Shown one piece after another: positions 16,322-24,735 of a DNA stretch of 29,897 nucleotides. Source of the DNA: a virus (lineage: Duplodnaviria; Caudoviricetes); IMG/VR virus record IMGVR_UViG_3300021121_000019, positions 1-29,897 of that record; one strand, given 5' to 3'. Every line of letters begins with the position of its first letter. Within the stretch, counting starts at the first letter, position 1. A program made the position numbers and the translations under genes. The notes under the pieces are model-generated. The model was not told the DNA's origin, did no database searches, and was given only the letters and a program-made list of their open reading frames with translations.

Positions 16322-16514
16322 CGTCTTCATCCACTTTCATTTTGCGTGCAAGGTCTTTGATTTCTAACTGTGCGGATCGTAGACCCTGAATAACTCCGCA
16401 CATCGCTCTATATTCGGCATAGTCTTTAGCTGCGCCATCGCATAGAGAGTTCGATACAAGAACGACTCTATCGTCAATCTTGTTATTAATAAAATCAAAT
16501 ATTCTTTCATCCAT
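16314..16514 (-). CDS. Small helical hypothetical protein
   Basis: 66 aa with G.AKDYAEYR..CG.IQGL; start reassigned to 16514 (AAAGGA RBS). Confidence 0.75.
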   Translation of the reverse strand: MDERIFDFINNKIDDRVVLVSNSLCDGAAKDYAEYRAMCGVIQGLRSAQLEIKDLARKMKVDEDDE

Positions 16515-16515
16515 G

Positions 16516-17217
16516 TTAAATCCTTTGTACGCCACCAGTAATTTGATGACAGATGTTTAAGTACCAATCGTAATCACTGTCCAAGAAACGAATCTTGAAA
16601 GGTATCCTCGCTAGACTTAAAGCAATCGCTGCCCCTGTTCTAGTGGTAATAACTTCTTTTGCACCAGCTGCATACTGTAAATTCTTGATAATCCCATCTG
16701 ACTCAGTAAGCTCTGCCGCACCAACCTCTTTCAATACTGGCGCATACATCTTGTCTATCTTGACTGGAAACAATTCAAACTTTTTATCTGGCTCTCCATA
16801 TTCCAACTTGTAAGAATAATCAACTCCTAAGTTGTGCTCTTGTGCAAAATGCTCCGTAAAGAAACCCATCCTACGATGTTCGTACTCTTCTTTGCTATAA
16901 CCAAAACAGTAAACTTCATCATAGTAATTCTTGTACTTTGCATTCAACTCATCAGGTATTAAGTGATAAGGCTTCCAGCATCCCATCACACCTTTACCCT
17001 TCCACGGCGTTAACTCTTCATAATTAAAACTACCAACGGCATTGATAAAAGAAGATGCATTCAATATATCCACTAGTGGTTGTGAATACCCAGCCATGTT
17101 TTGGTGATACACCCAATCAATCTTTGCATCACGGTTCTTTGCCAACCAAGAAGCAATAGGCAATACATGGAGTGAGTCTCCAAATCTCATGGCCGTTGCA
17201 ATCAAAACTTTTTTCAA
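16516..17217 (-). CDS. Glycosyltransferase, GT9 (heptosyltransferase)-like, divergent and short
   Basis: N-terminal KKVLI....RFGDSLHVLP....L....DAKIDWV and C-terminal A..VITTRTG.....SLARIP mirror WaaC/WaaF motifs; AGGAG RBS. Confidence 0.65.
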   Translation of the reverse strand: MKKVLIATAMRFGDSLHVLPIASWLAKNRDAKIDWVYHQNMAGYSQPLVDILNASSFINAVGSFNYEELTPWKGKGVMGCWKPYHLIPDELNAKYKNYYDEVYCFGYSKEEYEHRRMGFFTEHFAQEHNLGVDYSYKLEYGEPDKKFELFPVKIDKMYAPVLKEVGAAELTESDGIIKNLQYAAGAKEVITTRTGAAIALSLARIPFKIRFLDSDYDWYLNICHQITGGVQRI

Positions 17218-17226
17218 TCATCACTC

Positions 17227-18360
17227 CTAGTTAAATGTTTCTTTTCTAACCCACTTGGTAACTATCCATTTCTCTCCAGCCAACACAGTCTTTCCACAAT
17301 GCAAAGTCTTAGGATCTAAATTCTCATATCTAAACGTCAACATATTACCTTGCACTGCTTTAACCTCTAACCCCAGCTCAGGAAACTCAGTCTCTCCACC
17401 CAACTTAGGAGCAGACAAATAAATGATTGCAGTCAATATCCTTTGACCACCTTTATCCTTTTGCTCATACGGCATACCCAAATCTGGAAAGTAATCATGA
17501 TGCGGTCTAAACTCCTGACCAACCTCATACTTTAATACTTGCAAACCTTCGCCTTGGTCTACAGTTGTGCCAGTAACTTGTGCAATCCTATTTTCTATCT
17601 GTGCAATCAATGGCGTCTCTCGCCTCTGAAAGTAAGCAACTGAACTCGTCCTTGCATCACTAGTCGCATACCCACCATCTTTTTCATCTACAACTTTAGA
17701 TCTTTCCAATCTGCTCTTGGCCATTTGAATTAATTCAATAGCCTCAATATCAGTTACAAAATCCTTGTACAAAGTAATGTCTGGGTTTTTAATTTTCATC
17801 AAAACCTTGGCATCTACTTCAATTGTCCAATGGTAAAAAATATAAATGGCTCTTTGCTTTTCTCCGCATAACAACTCTTCCCTCCAATGAGGAAATGTTC
17901 TTCCATGCATCACCGCACCATAGCCAACTCCCATGTGCGCTTCTAAATAATTTTCTTCATAAGGCTTAGGATCAGTACTTAAATCCCATTCGTCTTTGGG
18001 ATATTTCTTTGCACTAATACAAAGAGGCCAGCCCAAGTTATTCTTATCCTCAAGACAAATACTTAAAGACAAATCCAACGTATGCCTATCCGTATGTATC
18101 TTTAAAAAGCTGCCTCTGCTATACGACCTTGTATATGTATTGGCAAACTTAATGGTAGGATATTTTTCCTTGAACTTCTCTGTAATCCTATCCACAAACT
18201 GTAGAGATGATGGCAAATTAAAAACTCCATAACTATTCTTATAAAACGGTTGATCGCTTTCATCCAAATAGTCTTTGGATTCATCAAACTCCTTCACGAG
18301 CATTGCACACTCTTCAGGAGTAAAGATTTTTAAATTACTTTGCCAACTATTCTGCATCAA
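17227..18360 (-). CDS. Tandem 2OG-Fe(II) oxygenase; C-terminal prolyl 4-hydroxylase-like domain
   Basis: Domain 1: HTDR...LSICL...HWRE. Domain 2: RTSS...EGLQVLKYEVGQEFRPHHDYF...GGETEFP...LHCGKTVLAGEKW. Confidence 0.85.
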   Translation of the reverse strand: MMQNSWQSNLKIFTPEECAMLVKEFDESKDYLDESDQPFYKNSYGVFNLPSSLQFVDRITEKFKEKYPTIKFANTYTRSYSRGSFLKIHTDRHTLDLSLSICLEDKNNLGWPLCISAKKYPKDEWDLSTDPKPYEENYLEAHMGVGYGAVMHGRTFPHWREELLCGEKQRAIYIFYHWTIEVDAKVLMKIKNPDITLYKDFVTDIEAIELIQMAKSRLERSKVVDEKDGGYATSDARTSSVAYFQRRETPLIAQIENRIAQVTGTTVDQGEGLQVLKYEVGQEFRPHHDYFPDLGMPYEQKDKGGQRILTAIIYLSAPKLGGETEFPELGLEVKAVQGNMLTFRYENLDPKTLHCGKTVLAGEKWIVTKWVRKETFN

Positions 18361-20732
18361 CGTCCTTTGAGTTTAGTGATCACATCAGCTTTGATATTCT
18401 GTTCATTCTGCATATTAGAAGATGCCAACCTAGCTTGCTCTCTTTGATTCTCCGCTTGGATCCTCTGAGCATCCAACTGCAACTTAGCCGCTGCAATTTG
18501 ATTGTCTGCCTGATCTTTCGCAGCCCTTCTTTGCAAATCTTGCGCCTTAATCTGCAACTCTTGCTGTTGCATTTGTACCAATGGATCCATAGCTTGTTGT
18601 TGTGCCTGTTGTTGTTGAGCTTGCGCTACATTACTCTGCATTAATTGTGTGGCCGCCTTAGCAACCAACTGACTTAACTGCACCTCAAACTCAGGATCCA
18701 TCTCTTTTCCTGGTGGAGGCAACGGTACACCCAACTGCTCCTCAATTTTCTTGCGATATAAGAACGCCAAGTGCTCAGAAATGTGGGCTTGCGCTGCGGC
18801 CATGATCTTTTGACCCATCGGATTCTGTCCAACCTGCTGAGCAATCATGGGATCTTGAATAAATGCAGTATGAGCCGCAATATGAGCGTCTTGATCTTGG
18901 AAAATGAAAGCTTTTGTAGGTTTTCCATTCAAAAATCCCATGTTTTCGCTGATAGGATCAAGTGGAACCTCATCATCCTCGGTCGGAACCAGCTTATCTG
19001 CGTTCTTTACCCCCAAAACCTCAATCATTTGACGATGCAACATGGGTAAATTGTAGATTTGGGGGGCAGATTGACTCAATTGGATCACCGCTTGGTACTG
19101 CATAATCCTCTGAGCCATCGTAGAACTGTTAGGATCGCTAACAGGTATCACTTCTACTAAGTCATAGTCGCTCTGTTTGGCCTTTTTGTTCGATGTAGCA
19201 GGGTCATATTGGTAATCTTTAGGCGTATTTTCACGAATAATCTCTTTCAGAATCTTAAACTCTTGCTTCATTGAGTAATGAACACGGGCTTGTACCGCAC
19301 TCATCGTCTTCAACTGCCTCTCAAGCAACGCCAAAGTCGTACCAACTGGCGCATTAGCACTCATATCAGACACATTCATGTCTGCTACAGAGCCTAAACG
19401 TCTACCTTCATCGGTAATCTTATCCAACAACCCAGCCAATACTTGACTTGGCTCCTTATATGGCAACGCCATAATGTTATCTTTGATGCTTCCACTCGGA
19501 ACATCCACATCTCTGAACTCTCCAGGAGCAATCGGAGTGTCATCTCCCTTAACTCTCAAGCCCCTAGACTTCAATCCACCAGGTAAATTGCTTAATGTCC
19601 CGGCATCAATAAGCTGTCGAATAAGGGACGTCCCTGCACGAGCATAACCACCAATAAGATGTATGAACCCAAAACCGTAAGCACCAAAGCCAGGTACATA
19701 ATCATATTGAACAAAGTGCTGACGCTTGAGCATAAGCTCATCGCCCTCTTTCCAATTTCTGTAAATAGATAAAACATTGTTTGTACCTCTATCAATCGTA
19801 ATAATGTATGGTCTTGCTATGCCATCTTCATCTTCATATCCCGGTAAATCTATATCAACCTGCACCTCCATCAACTGATATCTGTCATCATCAGTCACAG
19901 AGTACCCTTGCTCTTCAGCCTTCTTCTTCTCTACATCCGTATATGTCTGTACTGGCTCCCCTAACTCTATATCTCTATAAAAACCAGCGACCTGCAACTT
20001 ACGCAAATCATTCTTGGTCTTCCTCATAATGTGAGTCACACGCTCAGCAGTCCTAGCTCCGCTAGAGCCATAAGGAATAATCACTTCTTCCGCTGGCACA
20101 AAGATACTGGTCTGTCTTCCTAGTGATGGATCAAAGTAAACCTTCTTAAAAGCACTACCAGCCAACCCCAAGTTAAACAACATCCTCTCATGCTCAGGAC
20201 GGTACTCAGGCATTCCATCCGTCAACTCATAATTCATGTCCTCAGCAACTCGATCAGCTGCATCTTCCTTCAGCTTATCAATCGCACCAATGATCTGAGT
20301 CTTCACAGGCCCCTGTGCTGGAAACGTCTCAATGATCGTCTCACTTTGAAACCTCACCGCGGCTTCAGTCAGTACTGTAGAGAAAACACCACACGCTCCA
20401 TTCCAAGGCTCAGTCCTCTCCTCATACTTCATGCCAAGAACTTCTAAGCCCTTGACCAACATCTCAACCCAGTCTTTCCTAGAATTGATATCTCCCTCAA
20501 CATCGGAAACCAAATCCGAGCCAATACTCATCAGCTCGTTCTCGCTCATGTACTCAGCCAAATTGGAATCAAAGCTCTCCTCACCATGATCCTCCTCTGG
20601 CTCCAGATCAATCTCCACACCATCCATGCCAATCTTCACCCCCTCTGGGTTTACGATTTCAATCTCAATATCTGGCCCATCTTGCAAACTCTCAATCCCT
20701 TGAGGCGCTTGGTATAGTGCGTTGTCAATCAT
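18357..20732 (-). CDS. Portal protein
   Basis: 791 aa directly after terL; GSAFKKVYFD, PGFGAYGFG, PGEFRDVD motifs and a Gln-rich coiled-coil C-terminus (P22-like barrel). Confidence 0.9.
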   Translation of the reverse strand: MIDNALYQAPQGIESLQDGPDIEIEIVNPEGVKIGMDGVEIDLEPEEDHGEESFDSNLAEYMSENELMSIGSDLVSDVEGDINSRKDWVEMLVKGLEVLGMKYEERTEPWNGACGVFSTVLTEAAVRFQSETIIETFPAQGPVKTQIIGAIDKLKEDAADRVAEDMNYELTDGMPEYRPEHERMLFNLGLAGSAFKKVYFDPSLGRQTSIFVPAEEVIIPYGSSGARTAERVTHIMRKTKNDLRKLQVAGFYRDIELGEPVQTYTDVEKKKAEEQGYSVTDDDRYQLMEVQVDIDLPGYEDEDGIARPYIITIDRGTNNVLSIYRNWKEGDELMLKRQHFVQYDYVPGFGAYGFGFIHLIGGYARAGTSLIRQLIDAGTLSNLPGGLKSRGLRVKGDDTPIAPGEFRDVDVPSGSIKDNIMALPYKEPSQVLAGLLDKITDEGRRLGSVADMNVSDMSANAPVGTTLALLERQLKTMSAVQARVHYSMKQEFKILKEIIRENTPKDYQYDPATSNKKAKQSDYDLVEVIPVSDPNSSTMAQRIMQYQAVIQLSQSAPQIYNLPMLHRQMIEVLGVKNADKLVPTEDDEVPLDPISENMGFLNGKPTKAFIFQDQDAHIAAHTAFIQDPMIAQQVGQNPMGQKIMAAAQAHISEHLAFLYRKKIEEQLGVPLPPPGKEMDPEFEVQLSQLVAKAATQLMQSNVAQAQQQQAQQQAMDPLVQMQQQELQIKAQDLQRRAAKDQADNQIAAAKLQLDAQRIQAENQREQARLASSNMQNEQNIKADVITKLKGR

Positions 20733-20740
20733 ATCAATCC

Positions 20741-22225
20741 TTAATAATAAACGTGTCTTCTACGAAAATCCCTAGGTTCATCTTCTTCATCCGTCTGCAA
20801 CCTTAAGAATCCACCTTGCCTAAATCTGATCAATGCCTGAACAGAACTGTCCACCAAGTCATCGTGATCCCCATTCGGAAACGCTGCCATCTCCTCAACC
20901 ACCTCGCTCGCCCACCTAGTGTCAGGACACCATACTTTACCCGACTTGAACAAATCCGTCACGCTATTCAGCCTCACAAACTTGTCATTTCCCCTACTCG
21001 GCGTATATTCCGTCACCACAATACCCATCTGCCTCAATTCAAAAATCAACGGACTACCCGCCGCCTTCGCCTCAATCACAAACGAATCAGGTTGCCACTC
21101 CTTATAAAACTCATATGCCGTCTGCTTTAACTCAGGAAACTCCATCCTCTTCTTGAACGCATCCAACAAAATAATGTTCTTATTATTAGGATCCTCGTTC
21201 AGATTAAATATCCCCCAAGTCGTACACGCAGAATAGTCACTCCTTTCATTTTTCGTAAACGCAGTATCCCAACTCTGAATAATAAACTCACATGGAGGAG
21301 GCGTATCACTCTCCCATACCTTCCACCAATCCCTCTTCACCAACGCCCCCTCTTCACCTGTAGGTTGCTGCTGGTACTGAGCATTCCACTTCATCGGCGG
21401 CAACTCTTCCCTCAACGCCGACAACTCACTCAAACTCCAAAACTCTGGCCACAACGGATTCCCACTCGGCATAATGGCAGGCAACTCAATCACCTCCCAC
21501 TCTTCCCCCTTATCCCTACCCAACGCATCCTTGATAATCCGACCAGTCAAATCCCTCTCTGACCATCTCGTCATCACAACTACAATAGAACCACCAGGCT
21601 GCAAACGCTGCCTCGGCCCAGACGTATACCACTCATACACCCGATCAAATACACTCGGATCCCCTAACGCCGCCTCTTGCTCACTATGCGGATCATCAAT
21701 AATAAGCAAGTCAGCACCCTTACCCGTTACCGTTCCCCCAACACCAATCGCAAAATATTCGCCATTCTTATTGGTACTCCACCTACCCGCCGCCTTACTA
21801 TCTTGCCTCAAATTCACTTCAGGAAACACAGTCTTATACTGCTCACTCCCCACCAAGTTCCTAACCTTCCGTCCAAATCCCACGGCAAGTTCCGCAGTAT
21901 TCGAACACTGAATCACCTTCTTATTGGGAAACTTACCCAAAAACCATGACGGCAACAAATAACTCGCAAACTCAGATTTCGTATGCCTAGGAGCCATATT
22001 GATAATCAACCGCTTACTCTCTCCCCTAGCAATCGCCTCAAACTTCTTCGCCATCACAGCATGATGCCGACCCGCAACAAAACCAGGCCACATCATCTTC
22101 ACATAATCCATAAACTTCTCTTGCGCCTTCTCCCTCTCCACCGCCTCACGGAAACTCCTCACCTTTTCCATGAACTCCAAATACTGATCCTCAGGCATAG
22201 CCTCTAACAATTCATCTAACTTCAT
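20741..22225 (-). CDS. terL: Terminase large subunit
   Basis: Walker A-like INMAPRHTKS, Walker B LLIIDDP, MTRW coupling motif, nuclease motifs SWDTA, IEAKAAG and HDDLVD. Confidence 0.95.
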   Translation of the reverse strand: MKLDELLEAMPEDQYLEFMEKVRSFREAVEREKAQEKFMDYVKMMWPGFVAGRHHAVMAKKFEAIARGESKRLIINMAPRHTKSEFASYLLPSWFLGKFPNKKVIQCSNTAELAVGFGRKVRNLVGSEQYKTVFPEVNLRQDSKAAGRWSTNKNGEYFAIGVGGTVTGKGADLLIIDDPHSEQEAALGDPSVFDRVYEWYTSGPRQRLQPGGSIVVVMTRWSERDLTGRIIKDALGRDKGEEWEVIELPAIMPSGNPLWPEFWSLSELSALREELPPMKWNAQYQQQPTGEEGALVKRDWWKVWESDTPPPCEFIIQSWDTAFTKNERSDYSACTTWGIFNLNEDPNNKNIILLDAFKKRMEFPELKQTAYEFYKEWQPDSFVIEAKAAGSPLIFELRQMGIVVTEYTPSRGNDKFVRLNSVTDLFKSGKVWCPDTRWASEVVEEMAAFPNGDHDDLVDSSVQALIRFRQGGFLRLQTDEEDEPRDFRRRHVYY

Positions 22226-22240
22226 TCTGTATGCCCTTCT

Positions 22241-22459
22241 TCATATATCCTTATACCTCAAGTCACTAGGCCGAACAGATCTACTCCCCTTCCTCCTCTT
22301 CACCGCACCCAACTTCTCCAGCCTCGTAATAATCTTCCCAATATTACCCAACCCATTCTTACCCCTTATCCTCGCTATATCCCGATAAGACGGCGCACAG
22401 TAATACCGAGCCCAATACTCCCTAATAATCTGATATACCTCACTCTGTGCCGGGGTCAT
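22241..22459 (-). CDS. LexA N-terminal-like winged-helix DNA-binding protein (no peptidase domain)
   Basis: MTPAQ.EVY..I..Y......APSYRDIA...G.......I..RLEKLGAVKR....RSVR matches the LexA DBD pattern; only 72 aa. Confidence 0.75.
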   Translation of the reverse strand: MTPAQSEVYQIIREYWARYYCAPSYRDIARIRGKNGLGNIGKIITRLEKLGAVKRRKGSRSVRPSDLRYKDI

Positions 22460-23250
22460 CTATGGAACCCATCACTTTCATCAACGGTGGGTGTTTCCAT
22501 AAAGTTATCCACAGTATGTTCCACGGCATTTTCAGAGGGGTGGGGGACATCTGAGTCGGACTCAGATCTTAACTCATTGATTTCATTAGGGTTTTTGGGG
22601 GTGCTCAAATTTTCTGGTGGTTGTTTGTGTGGAACACTATGCACCGAATCATGGGACTCCTTCGGCTCGATTGGGGGGGTGGCCCCTGGGTGGGGTGCGC
22701 CAGCCAGCTCCTCCAAAAGGGTGTGGGCCTCAACGTCCACAACGTCCGCTGTGTCGCGTTTGAGCAGGCGTTTAAGTTCACCCAATAGATTGTCTCGCGC
22801 TGAAGTGCTGCTAACTGCACGGCTTTCCTGGGCCTGCTCTTTAAACATATCTACACCGGAAATAGACCCAATGACCTTGGCCGCATTGATAATGTCGCTG
22901 TGGCGCGCGCCATCGTCCAGTAGTACAGCTGTGAGCGAATCCACCACGAGCGCCTTTAAATGTCCGGGGGAACGATATTCCAACCTCTCAACCGCCAGGC
23001 GAACGCGCTCTATCTCAAGGGCTATTAAAGGATTTCGACTAAGCTTTTGCGCGTCCGCGCCGACAACGCTGGGTTTTGCCTTGGTGTTATACGCTTTCCG
23101 GTATGCTGCGCTCTTACTCTCACCATTAATCGCTATCTCTTTAACAAAACGCTTTTGTTTTGGTGTGAGTTGTTTTTCCCTTTGTTTATTCATTATTGAT
23201 GAAACGGGTATTTGGTCTAGTGCTTCGCTTATCTCTGATTTGGTCAACAT
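22456..23250 (-). CDS. terS: Putative terminase small subunit
   Basis: LTPKQKRFV...G.SKSAAYRKAY...AQKL..NP.I is the TerS HTH pattern; upstream of terL; AGGTGAG RBS. Confidence 0.75.
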   Translation of the reverse strand: MLTKSEISEALDQIPVSSIMNKQREKQLTPKQKRFVKEIAINGESKSAAYRKAYNTKAKPSVVGADAQKLSRNPLIALEIERVRLAVERLEYRSPGHLKALVVDSLTAVLLDDGARHSDIINAAKVIGSISGVDMFKEQAQESRAVSSTSARDNLLGELKRLLKRDTADVVDVEAHTLLEELAGAPHPGATPPIEPKESHDSVHSVPHKQPPENLSTPKNPNEINELRSESDSDVPHPSENAVEHTVDNFMETPTVDESDGFHR

Positions 23251-23287
23251 AACTACTCACCTATTCGGTTCGTTAATCCAGGCCCCG

Positions 23288-23317
23288 ATTATAGGGGAAC
23301 AAAAGGGAAAACCGCAA
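23288..23317 (-). promoter_or_regulatory. Sigma70-like promoter for the terS/late operon
   Basis: TTGCGG-N18-TATAAT on the minus strand; the -10 box sits inside a CCCC...GGGG inverted repeat. Confidence 0.55.
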
Positions 23318-23415
23318 CACCCCTGCACCGATTAACCAATTACCAGGCGCCAAGTTACCCGGCAAACTTTCCAAGCTTTACAAACTATTTACACAAACTA
23401 AGGGTTTCCCCTAGC

Positions 23416-23444
23416 TTGACAGTTGTAAATGATTGCACTATCTT
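23416..23444 (+). promoter_or_regulatory. Sigma70-like promoter for the plus-strand cassette
   Basis: TTGACA-N17-TATCTT, preceded by the imperfect palindrome TAAGGGTTTCCCCTAG. Confidence 0.7.
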
Positions 23445-23491
23445 ACAGCTTTCCGCAATTATCTACAACGCACTACACGAAAGGGCAGCAC

Positions 23492-23767
23492 ATGAAAAAA
23501 CTTTTCTTTAACACCGGCCGCACATACAGCGACAAGGGCCAGCGTATTGGCGCTGCTCTATTAGATGATGGCCGCATTGTGATGGTCGATATCGACCGCT
23601 ACATTGACGCCACGCTGCCAGCTAATGTTAACTTCACGCCGGTAGCAATCCTCAAATCCTATGACTTGGGAGAGATGGATTACCGCGTTGAGGATTACGA
23701 CCTCAAAACCGAATTACAAGCAGCTGCTGAAAATACACCCCTTCCCGCTTTCCCCATCATTTATTGA
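23492..23767 (+). CDS. Hypothetical early protein
   Basis: Start reassigned to 23492 (GAAAGGG RBS; the ATG at 23429 falls inside the promoter); MKKLFFNTGRTYSDKGQRI. Confidence 0.7.
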   Translation: MKKLFFNTGRTYSDKGQRIGAALLDDGRIVMVDIDRYIDATLPANVNFTPVAILKSYDLGEMDYRVEDYDLKTELQAAAENTPLPAFPIIY

Positions 23768-23779
23768 AAGGACCTAACC

Positions 23780-24040
23780 ATGAACGATTTAACAATTGAC
23801 ACAATCAGCAGCATCGCAGCATTTATGCACCATGAAAACCTCAAATCAAAATACATAGCCTTAGCTACAAAGCAGCTCAAACCTGGCAAGTATTACAAAA
23901 TCGACAAATCGTTAATCATTGACGCCGCCAGCGTAAAAACAACCGAGCAGCTGCAGGAATCGATTAACCGAATCAAGGCCGCCCAGCAAGTAACCCAGCA
24001 GGAAATTAACCAGCACTCACAGTTTAAGCCGCTTAAGTGA
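23780..24040 (+). CDS. Hypothetical early protein
   Basis: 86 aa, AAAGGA RBS. Confidence 0.7.
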   Translation: MNDLTIDTISSIAAFMHHENLKSKYIALATKQLKPGKYYKIDKSLIIDAASVKTTEQLQESINRIKAAQQVTQQEINQHSQFKPLK

Positions 24041-24043
24041 ATT

Positions 24044-24085
24044 CTATAAGCCCATGCTGTGGGCTTATGGGGCAACACTTCGCCC
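24044..24085 (+). other. Intergenic stem-loop(s)
   Basis: CTATAAGCCCAT-GCT-GTGGGCTTATGG (12 bp including G-U pairs), then GGGC...GCCC; no T tract. Confidence 0.6.
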
Positions 24086-24113
24086 GGCAACTAACCAAAA
24101 AGGATAACTAATC

Positions 24114-24587
24114 ATGGGATGGACCTCTTACACAATCGACCGAAACGAAAAAACCGCGGACGTGCTGCGCCGCGAATTAAACCAGAACAGCGCCCAAGGC
24201 ACGCGCTGGGAAATAATCGATCACAGTATAACCGGGAGCACTTATTACGCTATTATGAAAATGACCACACCGACCGGGAACGCTCACTTCTATGGGATGG
24301 TGGTCCTAACCGAGCGCCGCGCTAGTTATCGCCCCGACCTGGTTGAATTCGCCTTCAAAGACATGGCCGAGGATATGGGGCCGCATTATTACGATATGCC
24401 CGCGCGAATGCTCAACAAACTGGACCAGCTGGCCCCCAATCCCACCGGATACGCCAAGACCTGGCGCGACCGCTGCCGCGAACACTTGGCCAGGAAAACC
24501 CAAAAGGCCGCACAGCACCGCCAAAACAAAAAGCAGCAGCTGGAACGCCTGGCCGCTTTAATCCCCCAATACTTTAAGGCCGCATAA
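24114..24587 (+). CDS. DUF6927-like protein
   Basis: MGW start, YYA, FAFKDMAEDMGP.YYD.P...L..L, YAKTWRDRC motifs seen in plasmid/phage proteins; AAAGGA RBS. Confidence 0.65.
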   Translation: MGWTSYTIDRNEKTADVLRRELNQNSAQGTRWEIIDHSITGSTYYAIMKMTTPTGNAHFYGMVVLTERRASYRPDLVEFAFKDMAEDMGPHYYDMPARMLNKLDQLAPNPTGYAKTWRDRCREHLARKTQKAAQHRQNKKQQLERLAALIPQYFKAA

Positions 24588-24588
24588 C

Positions 24589-24735
24589 ATGGATACTCTA
24601 ATTCTAATTTTCTCTTTTCTTTTAACTTTCCTCGCCGGTTATTTGATTTTTATCGGCTTATCAATCCCCGCACTGTTCCCGCTGGCCACGGCCATCTTAG
24701 GATTTTGCATCGTCCACCAAGGTGAAAACGCATGA
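24589..24735 (+). CDS. 48-aa hydrophobic two-helix membrane peptide
   Basis: Not in the ORF track: MDTLILIFSFLLTFLAGYLIFIGLSIPALFPLATAILGFCIVHQGENA; fills the gap exactly, ATGA overlap with the next gene. Confidence 0.65.
   Translation: MDTLILIFSFLLTFLAGYLIFIGLSIPALFPLATAILGFCIVHQGENA

Noticed and set aside
18500-18650. Gln-rich CAA/CAG run as a repeat element
   Set aside because: Ordinary coiled-coil tail of the portal protein.
22487-23335. 282-aa plus-strand ORF antisense to terS
   Set aside because: Fully overlaps a gene with recognisable TerS motifs; Ser/Leu-rich shadow composition, no RBS or motif.
23429-23491. Longer N-terminus for the first plus-strand gene
   Set aside because: The ATG at 23429 lies in the promoter spacer; the RBS supports 23492.
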